Source: a virus (taxonomy: Duplodnaviria; Caudoviricetes). From it: 30,100 nt of DNA. The stretch spans positions 1 to 30,100 of IMG/VR virus record IMGVR_UViG_3300011439_000039; one strand, 5' to 3'. Below, in pieces: positions 1 through 8,158 of the stretch (within the stretch, counting starts at the first letter, position 1; each line of letters starts with the position of its first letter). The translations under genes and the position numbers were made by a program. Under the pieces are notes generated by a model, which was not told the origin of the DNA, searched no databases, and saw only the letters and a list, made by a program, of their open reading frames with translations.

Positions 1-129
1 CAGACGCTTTGTGCGACATGCAGCAGCGGCGACAAGCAGATCAGCGAGAAGAGCGGACGCCGCCAATACCGAGGATGCGCGGTCGACGGCTCCCCTCTTG
101 ACCCCTCCCATCCGTGGAACGCCGTATGA
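1..129 (+). CDS. C-terminal fragment of packaging-associated HNH endonuclease (HK97 gp74-like), 5' truncated by the window
   Basis: Frame 1 reads QTLCATCSSGDKQISEKSGRRQYRGCAVDGSPLDPSHPWNAV*. The LCxxC..KQ..E and GC..DG.PLDP.HPWN tail is typical of HNH genes just upstream of terS. Confidence 0.8.
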   Translation, partial: QTLCATCSSGDKQISEKSGRRQYRGCAVDGSPLDPSHPWNAV

Positions 130-204
130 GCCGTAAACACTTTTATCCAGAATCGGCAATTAGTACGTATGCTGTCGCCAGCGAGCTAACGAGTGGGGAC
201 ACAA

Positions 205-300
205 CGAGATACCCGGGGGTGGATTAAATCCCTAAAGCGGTGGTTGCTAATGACCGCTCCCAATCTCGATCCGCATGAAACCATTTTGAAATCTTGGGGG
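205..300. other. Putative cos / packaging initiation region
   Basis: Non-coding gap between packaging HNH and terS containing GGGGGTGG...AAATCCCT...GACCGC, at the position where cos sites lie in HK97-like phages. Exact cut site not determinable. Confidence 0.35.
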
Positions 301-304
301 TTTT

Positions 305-706
305 TTGGCTGGACGTAGACCGAAACCGACGCGGCTCAAGCTGGTTACGGGACGACTTCGGAAGGGTCGGGAGCGGAAGAACGAACCCGAGCCGCCTGGC
401 GGTGCAATCGAGCGGCCGGAGTTCCTGAAGTATCGGGAAGCGGAACTGTGGGACGAGCGCGCGCCCATCTACATCGGGATGGGAACGCTCACGGTGGCGG
501 ACGTTGACAATTTCGCCGCGTGGTGTGTGCTGATGGCGGAGTTTGAGAAGTCGAAAGAGAAAACGCAGGCATCCCTGATCGCGCAGATGCGACTGCTCGG
601 CGCGGAATTCGGGATGGGCGCGAGTGCGAGGGCGAAACTTGGCACCGGTGGCAAAGGCAAGCCGAAGGATCCGGCGGACGAGTTCTTCACGAACAAGACC
701 GGCTGA
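305..706 (+). CDS. terS: Terminase small subunit (P27 family)
   Basis: N-terminus MAGRRPKPTRLKLVTG, P.FL...A..W motif, C-terminal EFGM..SARAKL; directly upstream of terL. TTG start. Confidence 0.9.
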   Translation: MAGRRPKPTRLKLVTGRLRKGRERKNEPEPPGGAIERPEFLKYREAELWDERAPIYIGMGTLTVADVDNFAAWCVLMAEFEKSKEKTQASLIAQMRLLGAEFGMGASARAKLGTGGKGKPKDPADEFFTNKTG

Positions 707-2543
707 TCCAGCAACGCAGTACGCTGGGGATGTGGTGGCTGGGCGAATCATCGCCGGGCCGCACGTCCGGGACGCGTGCGCGCGCCACCTGCGGGATCTC
801 ACGCAGGGAACAAAGCGCGGGCTCGTCTGGGACGTCATCGCGGCCGAGCGGGTCTATCGCTACTTTCGCGCGGTGCTGCGGCTGGGCGGCGGTGATCACG
901 AGGGGAAGCCGTTCGATCTCCACGTGTCGCAGAAGTTTATCGTCGGTTCGCTGTTTGGCTGGAAGCGATCGGACGACACGCGCCGTTTCCGCATGGCGTT
1001 CGTCGAGCAGGGCAAGGGCGACGGGAAGACGCCGATGGCGGCGGGGATCGGGCACTATATGACGGGCGCGGACGGCGAAGCTCGAGCCGAGACCTACGCC
1101 GCGGCGACCGATAAAGAGCAGGCCGGCATCCTATTCCGCGACGCCGTGTCGATGGCGAAGCAGTCGCCGGGCCTGTCCGACCGGATCACATTCAGCGGTG
1201 GTGATGGCCGGGAGTACAACATCGCCTATCTCGCGTCCGGGAGTTTCTTCCGCCCCATCTCGTCCGAGTCGAGCGGGAAAGGAAAGTCGGGATTCCGTCC
1301 GCACTGCGCGTTGCTGGACGAGATCCACGAGCATCCGACGAACGCGATGGTGGAGTTTCTTCGAGCCGGGACGAAGGGTCGCACGCAGGCGCTGATCTTC
1401 ATGATCACCAACTCGGGATTCGACCGGACGTCGGTCTGCTTCGAGTATCACACCTATGCGTGCAAGGTCGCAGCTGGCGAGATCGACGACGACAGCTTCT
1501 TCGGCTACGTGTGCGCGCTCGAGGACGGCACGCGCGAGGGCTATCCCGCCGAGGATCCGTTCACGGACGCCGCCGATCCGAAACTCGGCTATCCCCGGTC
1601 GTGGCTGAAGGCCAACCCGTTGCTCGGCGTGACGTTCCAACCGAGCTACCTAGAAGAGCAGGTTCGCCAGGCGAAGGGGATGCCGTCGAAGGAATCCATC
1701 GTCCGGCGCTTGAACTTCTGTCAGTGGGTGGACGCGTCAACGCCGTGGATCGACGGCGACCTGTGGCGCGCGTGCGAGGTGGCGGCTGAGGATTGCCCGA
1801 CTGATGAGGATCTGAGGGAACGTCCCTGTTTCTTGAGCCTCGATCTGTCGAGCAAGCGCGACCTGACCGCAAAAGCCAAAGTCTGGCCGGACGAGGAGGG
1901 CGGGTTCGATGCTACGGTGGAGTTCTGGACGCCGGCCGAGACGCTGGACGAGCGGGGCCGGAGCGACCGGGTTCCGTATCGCGCATGGGAAACTGGCGGG
2001 CACCTGACCGCGGTACCGGGCCGCTCGATCGACTACTCCTATGTCGCGAAGAGCGTCGCAGAAGATTGCGCGCGCTTCAACGTCGTGGGTCTCGCGTTCG
2101 ACCAATGGCGCGTTGACGACTTCAGGCGCGAGCTCGACAACGTGGGCCTCGACTCGTGGATCGCCGAGTGGGACGCACAGGGCAAGCGGTGGGTCGAGCG
2201 CGACAAGAAGCAGCCGGGCCAGGGGCTCATGCTGCTGCGTCACGGGCAAGGGTTCGGTGGTGGGTCGAGTGAATCGACGCTCTGGATGCCGCGGTCGATC
2301 GGCGCGCTCGAGGAGTCGGTCCTGACCGGGAGGCTGCGCGTTCGGTTTAACCCTGTGCTTCGGTGGAATTCCGCGTCCGCGATCATCGAGCAGGATGCTG
2401 CGAGCAACAAAAAATGGGAGAAGCGCAAGAGCACGGGCCGGATTGACGGGCTGGTGGCGCTGTGCATGGGCGTCGGCGCGGCGTCCACGACGCCGGCGCC
2501 CGAGGAATCCATTTACGCCACCGAAGTAATTTTCCGAGTATGA
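624..2543 (+). CDS. terL: Terminase large subunit (start uncertain, overlaps terS; GTG 624 or 648)
   Basis: Walker A GKGDGKT, Walker B ALLDEIHEH, motif III ITNSG, KANP.LG, nuclease SLDLSSKRDLTA and C-terminal RIDGLVAL. Confidence 0.97.
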   Translation: MRGRNLAPVAKASRRIRRTSSSRTRPADPATQYAGDVVAGRIIAGPHVRDACARHLRDLTQGTKRGLVWDVIAAERVYRYFRAVLRLGGGDHEGKPFDLHVSQKFIVGSLFGWKRSDDTRRFRMAFVEQGKGDGKTPMAAGIGHYMTGADGEARAETYAAATDKEQAGILFRDAVSMAKQSPGLSDRITFSGGDGREYNIAYLASGSFFRPISSESSGKGKSGFRPHCALLDEIHEHPTNAMVEFLRAGTKGRTQALIFMITNSGFDRTSVCFEYHTYACKVAAGEIDDDSFFGYVCALEDGTREGYPAEDPFTDAADPKLGYPRSWLKANPLLGVTFQPSYLEEQVRQAKGMPSKESIVRRLNFCQWVDASTPWIDGDLWRACEVAAEDCPTDEDLRERPCFLSLDLSSKRDLTAKAKVWPDEEGGFDATVEFWTPAETLDERGRSDRVPYRAWETGGHLTAVPGRSIDYSYVAKSVAEDCARFNVVGLAFDQWRVDDFRRELDNVGLDSWIAEWDAQGKRWVERDKKQPGQGLMLLRHGQGFGGGSSESTLWMPRSIGALEESVLTGRLRVRFNPVLRWNSASAIIEQDAASNKKWEKRKSTGRIDGLVALCMGVGAASTTPAPEESIYATEVIFRV

Positions 2544-2716
2544 GAAAGCGCCTACTCGCATTCTTTAGCGCGATCGGTGCTCGCGATGTCTTTGTGTTCG
2601 CTGGACTGGCCCTCGTCACATTGGGTGCTGGGATGGTCTACGTTCCCGCCGCGCCGATAATCGCGGGACTCGTGCTCCTCGTCGTCGGCCTATTCGGAGT
2701 GCCCACATGGCGCTGA
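2540..2716 (+). CDS. Small two-TM membrane protein between terL and portal
   Basis: ATGA overlap with terL stop; MRKRLLAFFSAIGARDVFVFAGLALVTLGAGMVYVPAAPIIAGLVLLVVGLFGVPTWR. Common gene type at this position. Confidence 0.75.
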   Translation: MRKRLLAFFSAIGARDVFVFAGLALVTLGAGMVYVPAAPIIAGLVLLVVGLFGVPTWR

Positions 2717-4398
2717 TCGAAGCCCTGGAGCGGAGATCCCATCCGTCGAACCCGGACCGGTGGTGGATAAACCATGTGAATGGCCAGCCCACCGCGGCTG
2801 GCGTTGCCGTGAACGAAGAGACCGCGCTGTCGGCGACCGCTGTATGGGCGGGCGTCCGGCTCATTTCAGAGACGCTGGCGATGCTGCCGCTGGAGTTGTA
2901 CGAGCGGGCGGACGAGCGATCGAAGTCACAAGCGCGGCAGCTCGGGCTCTGGCGAGTGCTGCACGACGAGCCGAACGACGAACAGACCAGCTTTGAGTTC
3001 CGTGAGATGCAGCAGGGCTTCCTGTTGCTCTGGGGCAACTGCTACGCGCAGAAGGTGCTGAACGGACGAGGCGAGGTTTCCGCGCTCTGGCCGCTGACTC
3101 CGTGGCGCGTGACCCCCGAGCGAACCCCCGCGAACGCCCTGATCTACAAGGTGCAACTCCCCGGCAACCAGGGGGGTACGGCCACGCTATCCGCCGACGA
3201 CGTCCTCCACATCCGGGGATTCAGCTCGAACGGGCTGCTCGGCGACAACGTAGTGGAGAAGTTCAGGAACGCGATTGGTCTGTCACTCGCGGCCGAGGAG
3301 TTTGGCGGACGGTACTTCGGCAAGGGGCTGACGACGAGCGGCGGGCTGAAGCATCCCGGCAAGCTCGGACCCGCGGGGCGGAAGAATCTGCGGGAATCGT
3401 TCAACGAGGAGCACCAGGGCGTGAGTCGGTCGCACAACCTGATGATCCTCGAGGAAGGGTTGGAATACTTCCGCATGGACGTCGACCCGGTCAAGGCGCA
3501 GGCGCTGGAATCGCGGAAGTTTCAGGTGACGGAAGTCGCGCGGATACTTCGGTTGCCGCCTCATCTGCTCTACGATCTCGAGCGCAGCACGAACAACAAC
3601 ATCGAGCACCAGGGGCAGGAGTTCGTGACGTACTCGATGCAGCCGTGGCTGACTCGATGGGAGCAGCGGCTAAACCGCTCCCTGCTCTTGCCGTCGCAGC
3701 GGTCCCGGTTCTTCACACAGTTTGAGGTCAAGGGACTGCTGCGTGGCGATTCGGCGGCACGCTCGGCGTTCTACACGTCAATGTTCAACGTCGGCGCGTA
3801 CTCCCCGAATGACATTCTGGGGCACGAAGGCGAGGAGCCCGTGGCGGGCGGCGATCAACGGTTCGTGCAGCTCAACCTGGCGCCGCTGGACAAGGTCGCT
3901 GAGATGGTGGCGGCACAGATCGAGGCGAAGAACACGCCACCACCCGCGCTAGTGGATGACCCGGCGGATGATGAAGAGGACGACGAGGATCGAGCGATTC
4001 GGCCCGATGCGTTCGTGGCAATGGAGCCGGTAGTGCGGGCTGAAATCGAGCGCGTCGTGCGCCGTCAGATCAAAGCGGTGCGCGCCGCGATGAAGAAGCC
4101 CGCGCAGGAGTTCCGCGTGTGGGCGGACGTGTTCTTCGAGAAGGAGCCGGGGTTGGTGGTGGAATCCCTCTCTCCTGCCCTGCTGTCGCTGGCGGCGCTG
4201 ACCGGTGTGTCGGTCGACGTGCGCGCGTTCGCGGCGCTCGATACGGAGCGAGCACTGACGGAGATCCGCACAGCGCTGGCGGTGCCAGACGAGTTGGATG
4301 TGCGGCTCGAGGCGTTGCTGGTGGTGTGGAACGCTGAACGCGCCGGCGCACTGACCCGCGAGATTGTGAAACGTCCCGCCGACGTGCGGGCTGCATAG
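2707..4398 (+). CDS. Portal protein, HK97 family, with long C-terminal extension
   Basis: AVWAGVRLISETLAMLPL, EPN..QTSFEF, LLLWGNCY, DVLHIRG, QALESRKFQV.EVARILRLPPHLL, NIEHQ motifs; position after terL. Confidence 0.96.
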   Translation: MALIEALERRSHPSNPDRWWINHVNGQPTAAGVAVNEETALSATAVWAGVRLISETLAMLPLELYERADERSKSQARQLGLWRVLHDEPNDEQTSFEFREMQQGFLLLWGNCYAQKVLNGRGEVSALWPLTPWRVTPERTPANALIYKVQLPGNQGGTATLSADDVLHIRGFSSNGLLGDNVVEKFRNAIGLSLAAEEFGGRYFGKGLTTSGGLKHPGKLGPAGRKNLRESFNEEHQGVSRSHNLMILEEGLEYFRMDVDPVKAQALESRKFQVTEVARILRLPPHLLYDLERSTNNNIEHQGQEFVTYSMQPWLTRWEQRLNRSLLLPSQRSRFFTQFEVKGLLRGDSAARSAFYTSMFNVGAYSPNDILGHEGEEPVAGGDQRFVQLNLAPLDKVAEMVAAQIEAKNTPPPALVDDPADDEEDDEDRAIRPDAFVAMEPVVRAEIERVVRRQIKAVRAAMKKPAQEFRVWADVFFEKEPGLVVESLSPALLSLAALTGVSVDVRAFAALDTERALTEIRTALAVPDELDVRLEALLVVWNAERAGALTREIVKRPADVRAA

Positions 4399-4407
4399 GA
4401 GAAGTAG

Positions 4408-4590
4408 ATGAGCGACAAGGAAATCAAGGATCGGATTCAAGCTGCACTGGACATCCTCAATGCGGCGTTCAGGGATGCTGCGAATGCGGGCCTCACTATC
4501 ACGCTTGAGGAACTGGACGTTACCACGATGGGCGACCCGGTAAGGGTGCTATTCGTGGGCGTTGAAGTCACAAGGGTTACGAAGGTCTGA
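4408..4590 (+). CDS. Hypothetical protein (60 aa)
   Basis: AGGAG RBS, fills the portal-protease gap exactly. Confidence 0.65.
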   Translation: MSDKEIKDRIQAALDILNAAFRDAANAGLTITLEELDVTTMGDPVRVLFVGVEVTRVTKV

Positions 4591-4604
4591 CCAAAGGAGA
4601 TCGC

Positions 4605-5246
4605 ATGGCAAACGAAATCGAGCGGCGGTTCATTCCGCGCGGTGCTGGCGAAGTCAGAGCCAAGAAGGCGGACGATGGCAAGGTCGGAATCGCCGGCACG
4701 GGCGCCGTATTCGAGACGCTGTCGGACGAAATCTTCGGGTTCCGGGAGAAGATCGCAGTGGGCGCGTTCGACAAAGCGCTCAAAACTTCCGACATCCGCG
4801 GCCTCTTCAATCACGATCCGAACATGATTCTCGGACGTGTGTCTGCAAAGACGATGCGCACCTGGGCGGACAAGGACGGACTCCACTACGAAATTGCGGA
4901 GCTGCCAGCGTCGCGCGCCGATGTCGCCGAAGCGGTTCAGCGCGGCGATGTGACAGGCAACTCGTTCAGCTTCACCGTCGCAAAAGACGAGTGGGAGTAC
5001 AAGGACGACCATAAGGCTATCCGCACCATCACGGAGTTCGAGGAGCTATTCGATGTCGGCCCTGTGGTGTACCCCGCCTATCCCGCGACGCAGGTGAGCG
5101 CGCGCGCGAAGGAGATGGCCGAGAAGCGGAAGGACGAGCCGCCGCCACCACCGCCCCCGAAAGAGCCGGAGCCGGAACTGCCGAACTTCGCGCTGGAACG
5201 GGAGCGGGTCCTGTTGGCCGAGATCGAACAGGACCTTGCGGGATAA
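4605..5246 (+). CDS. Prohead maturation protease, HK97 family
   Basis: AAGGAG RBS; FREKIAVGAF, LFNHD (His), GNSFSF (Ser), LFDVGPVVYPAYPAT motifs. Confidence 0.95.
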   Translation: MANEIERRFIPRGAGEVRAKKADDGKVGIAGTGAVFETLSDEIFGFREKIAVGAFDKALKTSDIRGLFNHDPNMILGRVSAKTMRTWADKDGLHYEIAELPASRADVAEAVQRGDVTGNSFSFTVAKDEWEYKDDHKAIRTITEFEELFDVGPVVYPAYPATQVSARAKEMAEKRKDEPPPPPPPKEPEPELPNFALERERVLLAEIEQDLAG

Positions 5247-5269
5247 ACCGAACCGTGGTATAGGTTCGG
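5236..5269 (+). promoter_or_regulatory. Putative sigma70-type promoter for capsid leader, with inverted repeat around the -10
   Basis: TTGCGG(5236-5241)-N17-TATAGG(5259-5264) with extended TG; CCGAACC(5248-5254)/GGTTCGG(5263-5269) flank the -10. Confidence 0.45.
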
Positions 5270-5359
5270 ACAACTGATGTAAGGCGCGAAGGAGTCAGGC
5301 GGGCCAAGCCCCGCACGATTCTCTCCGGCGCAACAGGGACAGACCGCTCACCCAAGCGT

Positions 5360-5413
5360 GCGCGGAACCCTCTTGGCCCATTCACGTGGGTCGGGGGTTC
5401 CGCGCTTTTCGTT
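5360..5413 (+). terminator. Intrinsic terminator-like hairpin within the capsid leader
   Basis: GCGCGGAACCC(5360-5370)/GGGTTCCGCGC(5395-5405), 11-bp perfect stem with further inner pairing, followed by TTTTCGTT. Confidence 0.6.
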
Positions 5414-5450
5414 GCGCTCATCTCCGGCCCGGACACCCGGAGAGAACGTC

Positions 5451-7019
5451 ATGATTCCCAGCCTCATCACCGTTGGCCCGTTCCTGATTCGCAAGGTCCA
5501 GGGACGCGCTGAAGCGGTTCGGCGCTTGATGAACGGGAGCACGATCCGCACGGGAGCACCCACGCTGCTCGGCGCGCTCGGCGCGTTCCTGTCGGTGATG
5601 GTGCTTCCGCTGCTGCTGCTCGCGTTCGCCGCGTTCCTCACGATCGTCAGTCCGGCGGTCGCCGGCGCGGACACGCTCGATCCGATCAGCGCAGTGCCGC
5701 TCATTGGCTTGGCGACATTGCGCGAGCAGGCGCGGGAGAAGCTGGCCGAGCGCGCTCGCGTCATCATCGAGAACCGCACGGTCATCGACTTGGCCGAGAA
5801 GGAAAAGCGGGGCTTCACGGCCGAAGAGAAAACGGCCAACGAGAAGCGGTGGGCCGACATCAACCGGCTCCGCGAAGAGTCCGACGTCCTCGTCCGTCAG
5901 GCGGAAGCTGAGGACGGTCTCGAGACCCGCAAGGAACCGATCAAGCCCGAGACCGAAAGGCGCGATACGCCGCCCGCGAATGAGACACCCGAGGACCGGT
6001 GTGAGCGCGTCATGCGCGAAGTACGCGCGATGGACGACAACAAGTACGCGGCGCTGGCTCAGGTTCGCAGTTTCGGGGCGGCCATCCGCTACCAGGCGGC
6101 GACCCCCGACGAGCGCCGCGCGATGGTGGAGCGCCGCGCGCTGGAAGTCACCGACCAAGCGGCCGGCGGCTATCTCCAGCCTCCGCAAGAGTTCATTGCC
6201 CGGCTGATCCAGGCGGTGGACAACCTGACGTTCATCCGTCGGATCGCCACGGTATTCCAGGTGCCGCAGGCCGAGAGTCTGGGCGCTCCGTCGCTCGACA
6301 ACGATCCGGCCGACCCGACGTGGGTCTCGGAGCTGAACATCGGGACGGAAGACTCGACCATGTCGGTCGGGAAGCGTGAGCTCCGTCCCCATCCGCTCGC
6401 ACAGTTCATCAAGGTCTCGCGCACACTGCTCCGGAAGGCTGCGATTGGTCCCGAGGCCTTGGTTCGTGAGCGGTTGGCCTACAAGACTGCGGTCGTGCAG
6501 GAGTCTGCATTCCTCACGGGCAACGGCGTCAACAAGCCGCTCGGCGTGATGACGGCGTCAGCAGACGGTATCTCGACCGGACGCGACTTCTCAACCGGCA
6601 ACACCGGCACGTCAATCACGTTCGACGGGCTCAAGACCGCGAAGTGGGGCATCAAGTCACAGTACTGGCCCCGCTTGCAGTGGATCTTCCACCGGGACGG
6701 CGGCGCGCAGATCGACAAGCTCAAGGACGGCCAAGGCCAGTACATCTGGCAGCCCGCGGTCATTGTTGGTCAGCCAGACCGCCTGCTGAGCTTCCCGGTC
6801 AACTTCTCCGAGTACATGTCGAACACGTTCACGACCGGCTTGTACGTCGGCATCCTCGGCGATTTCTCGCAGTACTGGATCGCTGATGCGCTGTCGATGG
6901 AGATCCAGCGGCTGAACGAACTGTACGCTGGCACCAATCAGGTCGGCTTCCTGATCCGCAGTGAGACCGATGGACAGCCGGTCTTGGAAGAAGCGTTTGC
7001 TCGTGTCAAGCTCGGCTAA
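5451..7019 (+). CDS. Major capsid protein, HK97 fold, with delta domain and hydrophobic N-terminal extension
   Basis: GGAGAG RBS before ATG 5451; coiled-coil delta domain, AGGYLQP..F, AFLTGNG..KPLG, LKDGQGQYIWQ, ILGDFSQY, GFL.R.DG....EAF motifs. Confidence 0.95.
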   Translation: MIPSLITVGPFLIRKVQGRAEAVRRLMNGSTIRTGAPTLLGALGAFLSVMVLPLLLLAFAAFLTIVSPAVAGADTLDPISAVPLIGLATLREQAREKLAERARVIIENRTVIDLAEKEKRGFTAEEKTANEKRWADINRLREESDVLVRQAEAEDGLETRKEPIKPETERRDTPPANETPEDRCERVMREVRAMDDNKYAALAQVRSFGAAIRYQAATPDERRAMVERRALEVTDQAAGGYLQPPQEFIARLIQAVDNLTFIRRIATVFQVPQAESLGAPSLDNDPADPTWVSELNIGTEDSTMSVGKRELRPHPLAQFIKVSRTLLRKAAIGPEALVRERLAYKTAVVQESAFLTGNGVNKPLGVMTASADGISTGRDFSTGNTGTSITFDGLKTAKWGIKSQYWPRLQWIFHRDGGAQIDKLKDGQGQYIWQPAVIVGQPDRLLSFPVNFSEYMSNTFTTGLYVGILGDFSQYWIADALSMEIQRLNELYAGTNQVGFLIRSETDGQPVLEEAFARVKLG

Positions 7020-7035
7020 CCCGGAGACACCGACA

Positions 7036-7449
7036 ATGAATCTGCACTACAACATAAAAACCTCGGTCGCGGTTCAGCCCTGGGATCCGTCCGCCACCGG
7101 CGTCAAGACCGGGATCGTGATTGACCGGGCCGGGTTCGATAACGTGGAGTTCGTGATGCTGAATGGCGCGATCGCCGCGGCCGGGTTCGTCCTCACCCCG
7201 ATCATCTTCGCGGGGGCGACCAGTGGCTCGATGGCATCCGTTGCTGACGACGATCTGCTCGGCACCGAAGCGGCTGCAGCGCTGTCGGCCGGATCATCGG
7301 ACAACATGACAGGGAAGATTGGGTACACCGGAAGTCTCCGGTATGTCCGCATGGACCTGAATGTCGTGGGGGCGGCCACCGGATTCCATGCGGGGCTTTG
7401 CATCCTGAGCGGTCAGCGGAAGGGTCCGCAGAGCGACCAGACAATCTGA
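7036..7449 (+). CDS. Putative capsid cement/decoration protein
   Basis: GGAG RBS, directly after capsid; beta-rich with ID..GF..V.F and KIGY.G..RYVR motifs seen in genes following HK97-type capsids. Confidence 0.65.
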   Translation: MNLHYNIKTSVAVQPWDPSATGVKTGIVIDRAGFDNVEFVMLNGAIAAAGFVLTPIIFAGATSGSMASVADDDLLGTEAAAALSAGSSDNMTGKIGYTGSLRYVRMDLNVVGAATGFHAGLCILSGQRKGPQSDQTI

Positions 7450-7485
7450 TCCAACAGCACGGCACTTCTCCGTGCCTTGAGCTAG

Positions 7486-7522
7486 GTCCGGGGGGGCGGT
7501 TGCCATACCGCCCCCACTGGAC
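7486..7522 (+). promoter_or_regulatory. Strong intergenic GC hairpin (no U tract)
   Basis: GTCCGGGGGGGCGGT-TGCCAT-ACCGCCCCC(A)CTGGAC, about 15 bp with one bulge and one G-U. Confidence 0.55.
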
Positions 7523-7546
7523 TGCAACCAACGGAGGGCGCATCAC

Positions 7547-7789
7547 ATGGCAGACGGCACGTATACCCCGAAGGTCTATCGCACGGCCGGCGGCGACTCG
7601 CAGGTCATCGCATCGGGCGGAACCATCAAAGTCGAGACCGGGGGGAAGTTGGTCCCCAACTCGGGGACGCAGGCGGCCACCATTGCGGCGGTGAGCTCGG
7701 CGACGATCGCATGGACCACGGCCGAAAAAGCGAAGTTCAACTCACTGCTCGCGGCCTGTAAGGGCGTGGGCATTGTCGCGACGAGCTGA
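7547..7789 (+). CDS. Putative head fibre/decoration protein (80 aa)
   Basis: GGAGG RBS; Y.PKVYR..GGD...IASGG N-terminus and KFNSLLAACKGVGIVA C-terminal helix typical of head-fibre-like proteins. Confidence 0.65.
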   Translation: MADGTYTPKVYRTAGGDSQVIASGGTIKVETGGKLVPNSGTQAATIAAVSSATIAWTTAEKAKFNSLLAACKGVGIVATS

Positions 7790-7792
7790 CCC

Positions 7793-8158
7793 GTGAGTTA
7801 CGTCGAGCGGCACGTCGTTGATGTCGCGACGGCTACCGGGGGTGGCGTCACCGCTTACACCCCCGTGGTCACCGGCCGCATTGCTGCCATCCGGTACGTC
7901 AAGGACGGCACGACCCCGCTGGCGTCGACGTCCGATTTCACGATTACGACCGATGAATCGGCGCAGAACCTCTGGGTCGATTCCAATATCAACGCCTCGG
8001 AAAACGTGTACCCGGTGATCGCGGGCAATCTGGCTGGCACCGGTGCGGCGTCTGTGCTGGCCGAGGTCCCGGTCTACGCTTCTCGAGAGCGCGTCAAGAT
8101 CGTGGTCGCGCAGGGCGGCAACACTAAGGTTGGCCGGTTCATCGTGGTGGTCGCGTGA
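7793..8158 (+). CDS. Hypothetical beta-rich virion protein
   Basis: Tightly packed in head operon, GTGA overlap with next gene; Thr/Val/Gly-rich. Confidence 0.65.
   Translation: MSYVERHVVDVATATGGGVTAYTPVVTGRIAAIRYVKDGTTPLASTSDFTITTDESAQNLWVDSNINASENVYPVIAGNLAGTGAASVLAEVPVYASRERVKIVVAQGGNTKVGRFIVVVA

Noticed and set aside
624-2543. Intein or intron in terL
   Set aside because: Continuous ORF of normal length with only short loop insertions; no intein splice motifs seen.
5358-5450. Capsid start at GTG 5358 as in the ORF track
   Set aside because: It lies within the structured leader with no SD; ATG 5451 has GGAGAG.
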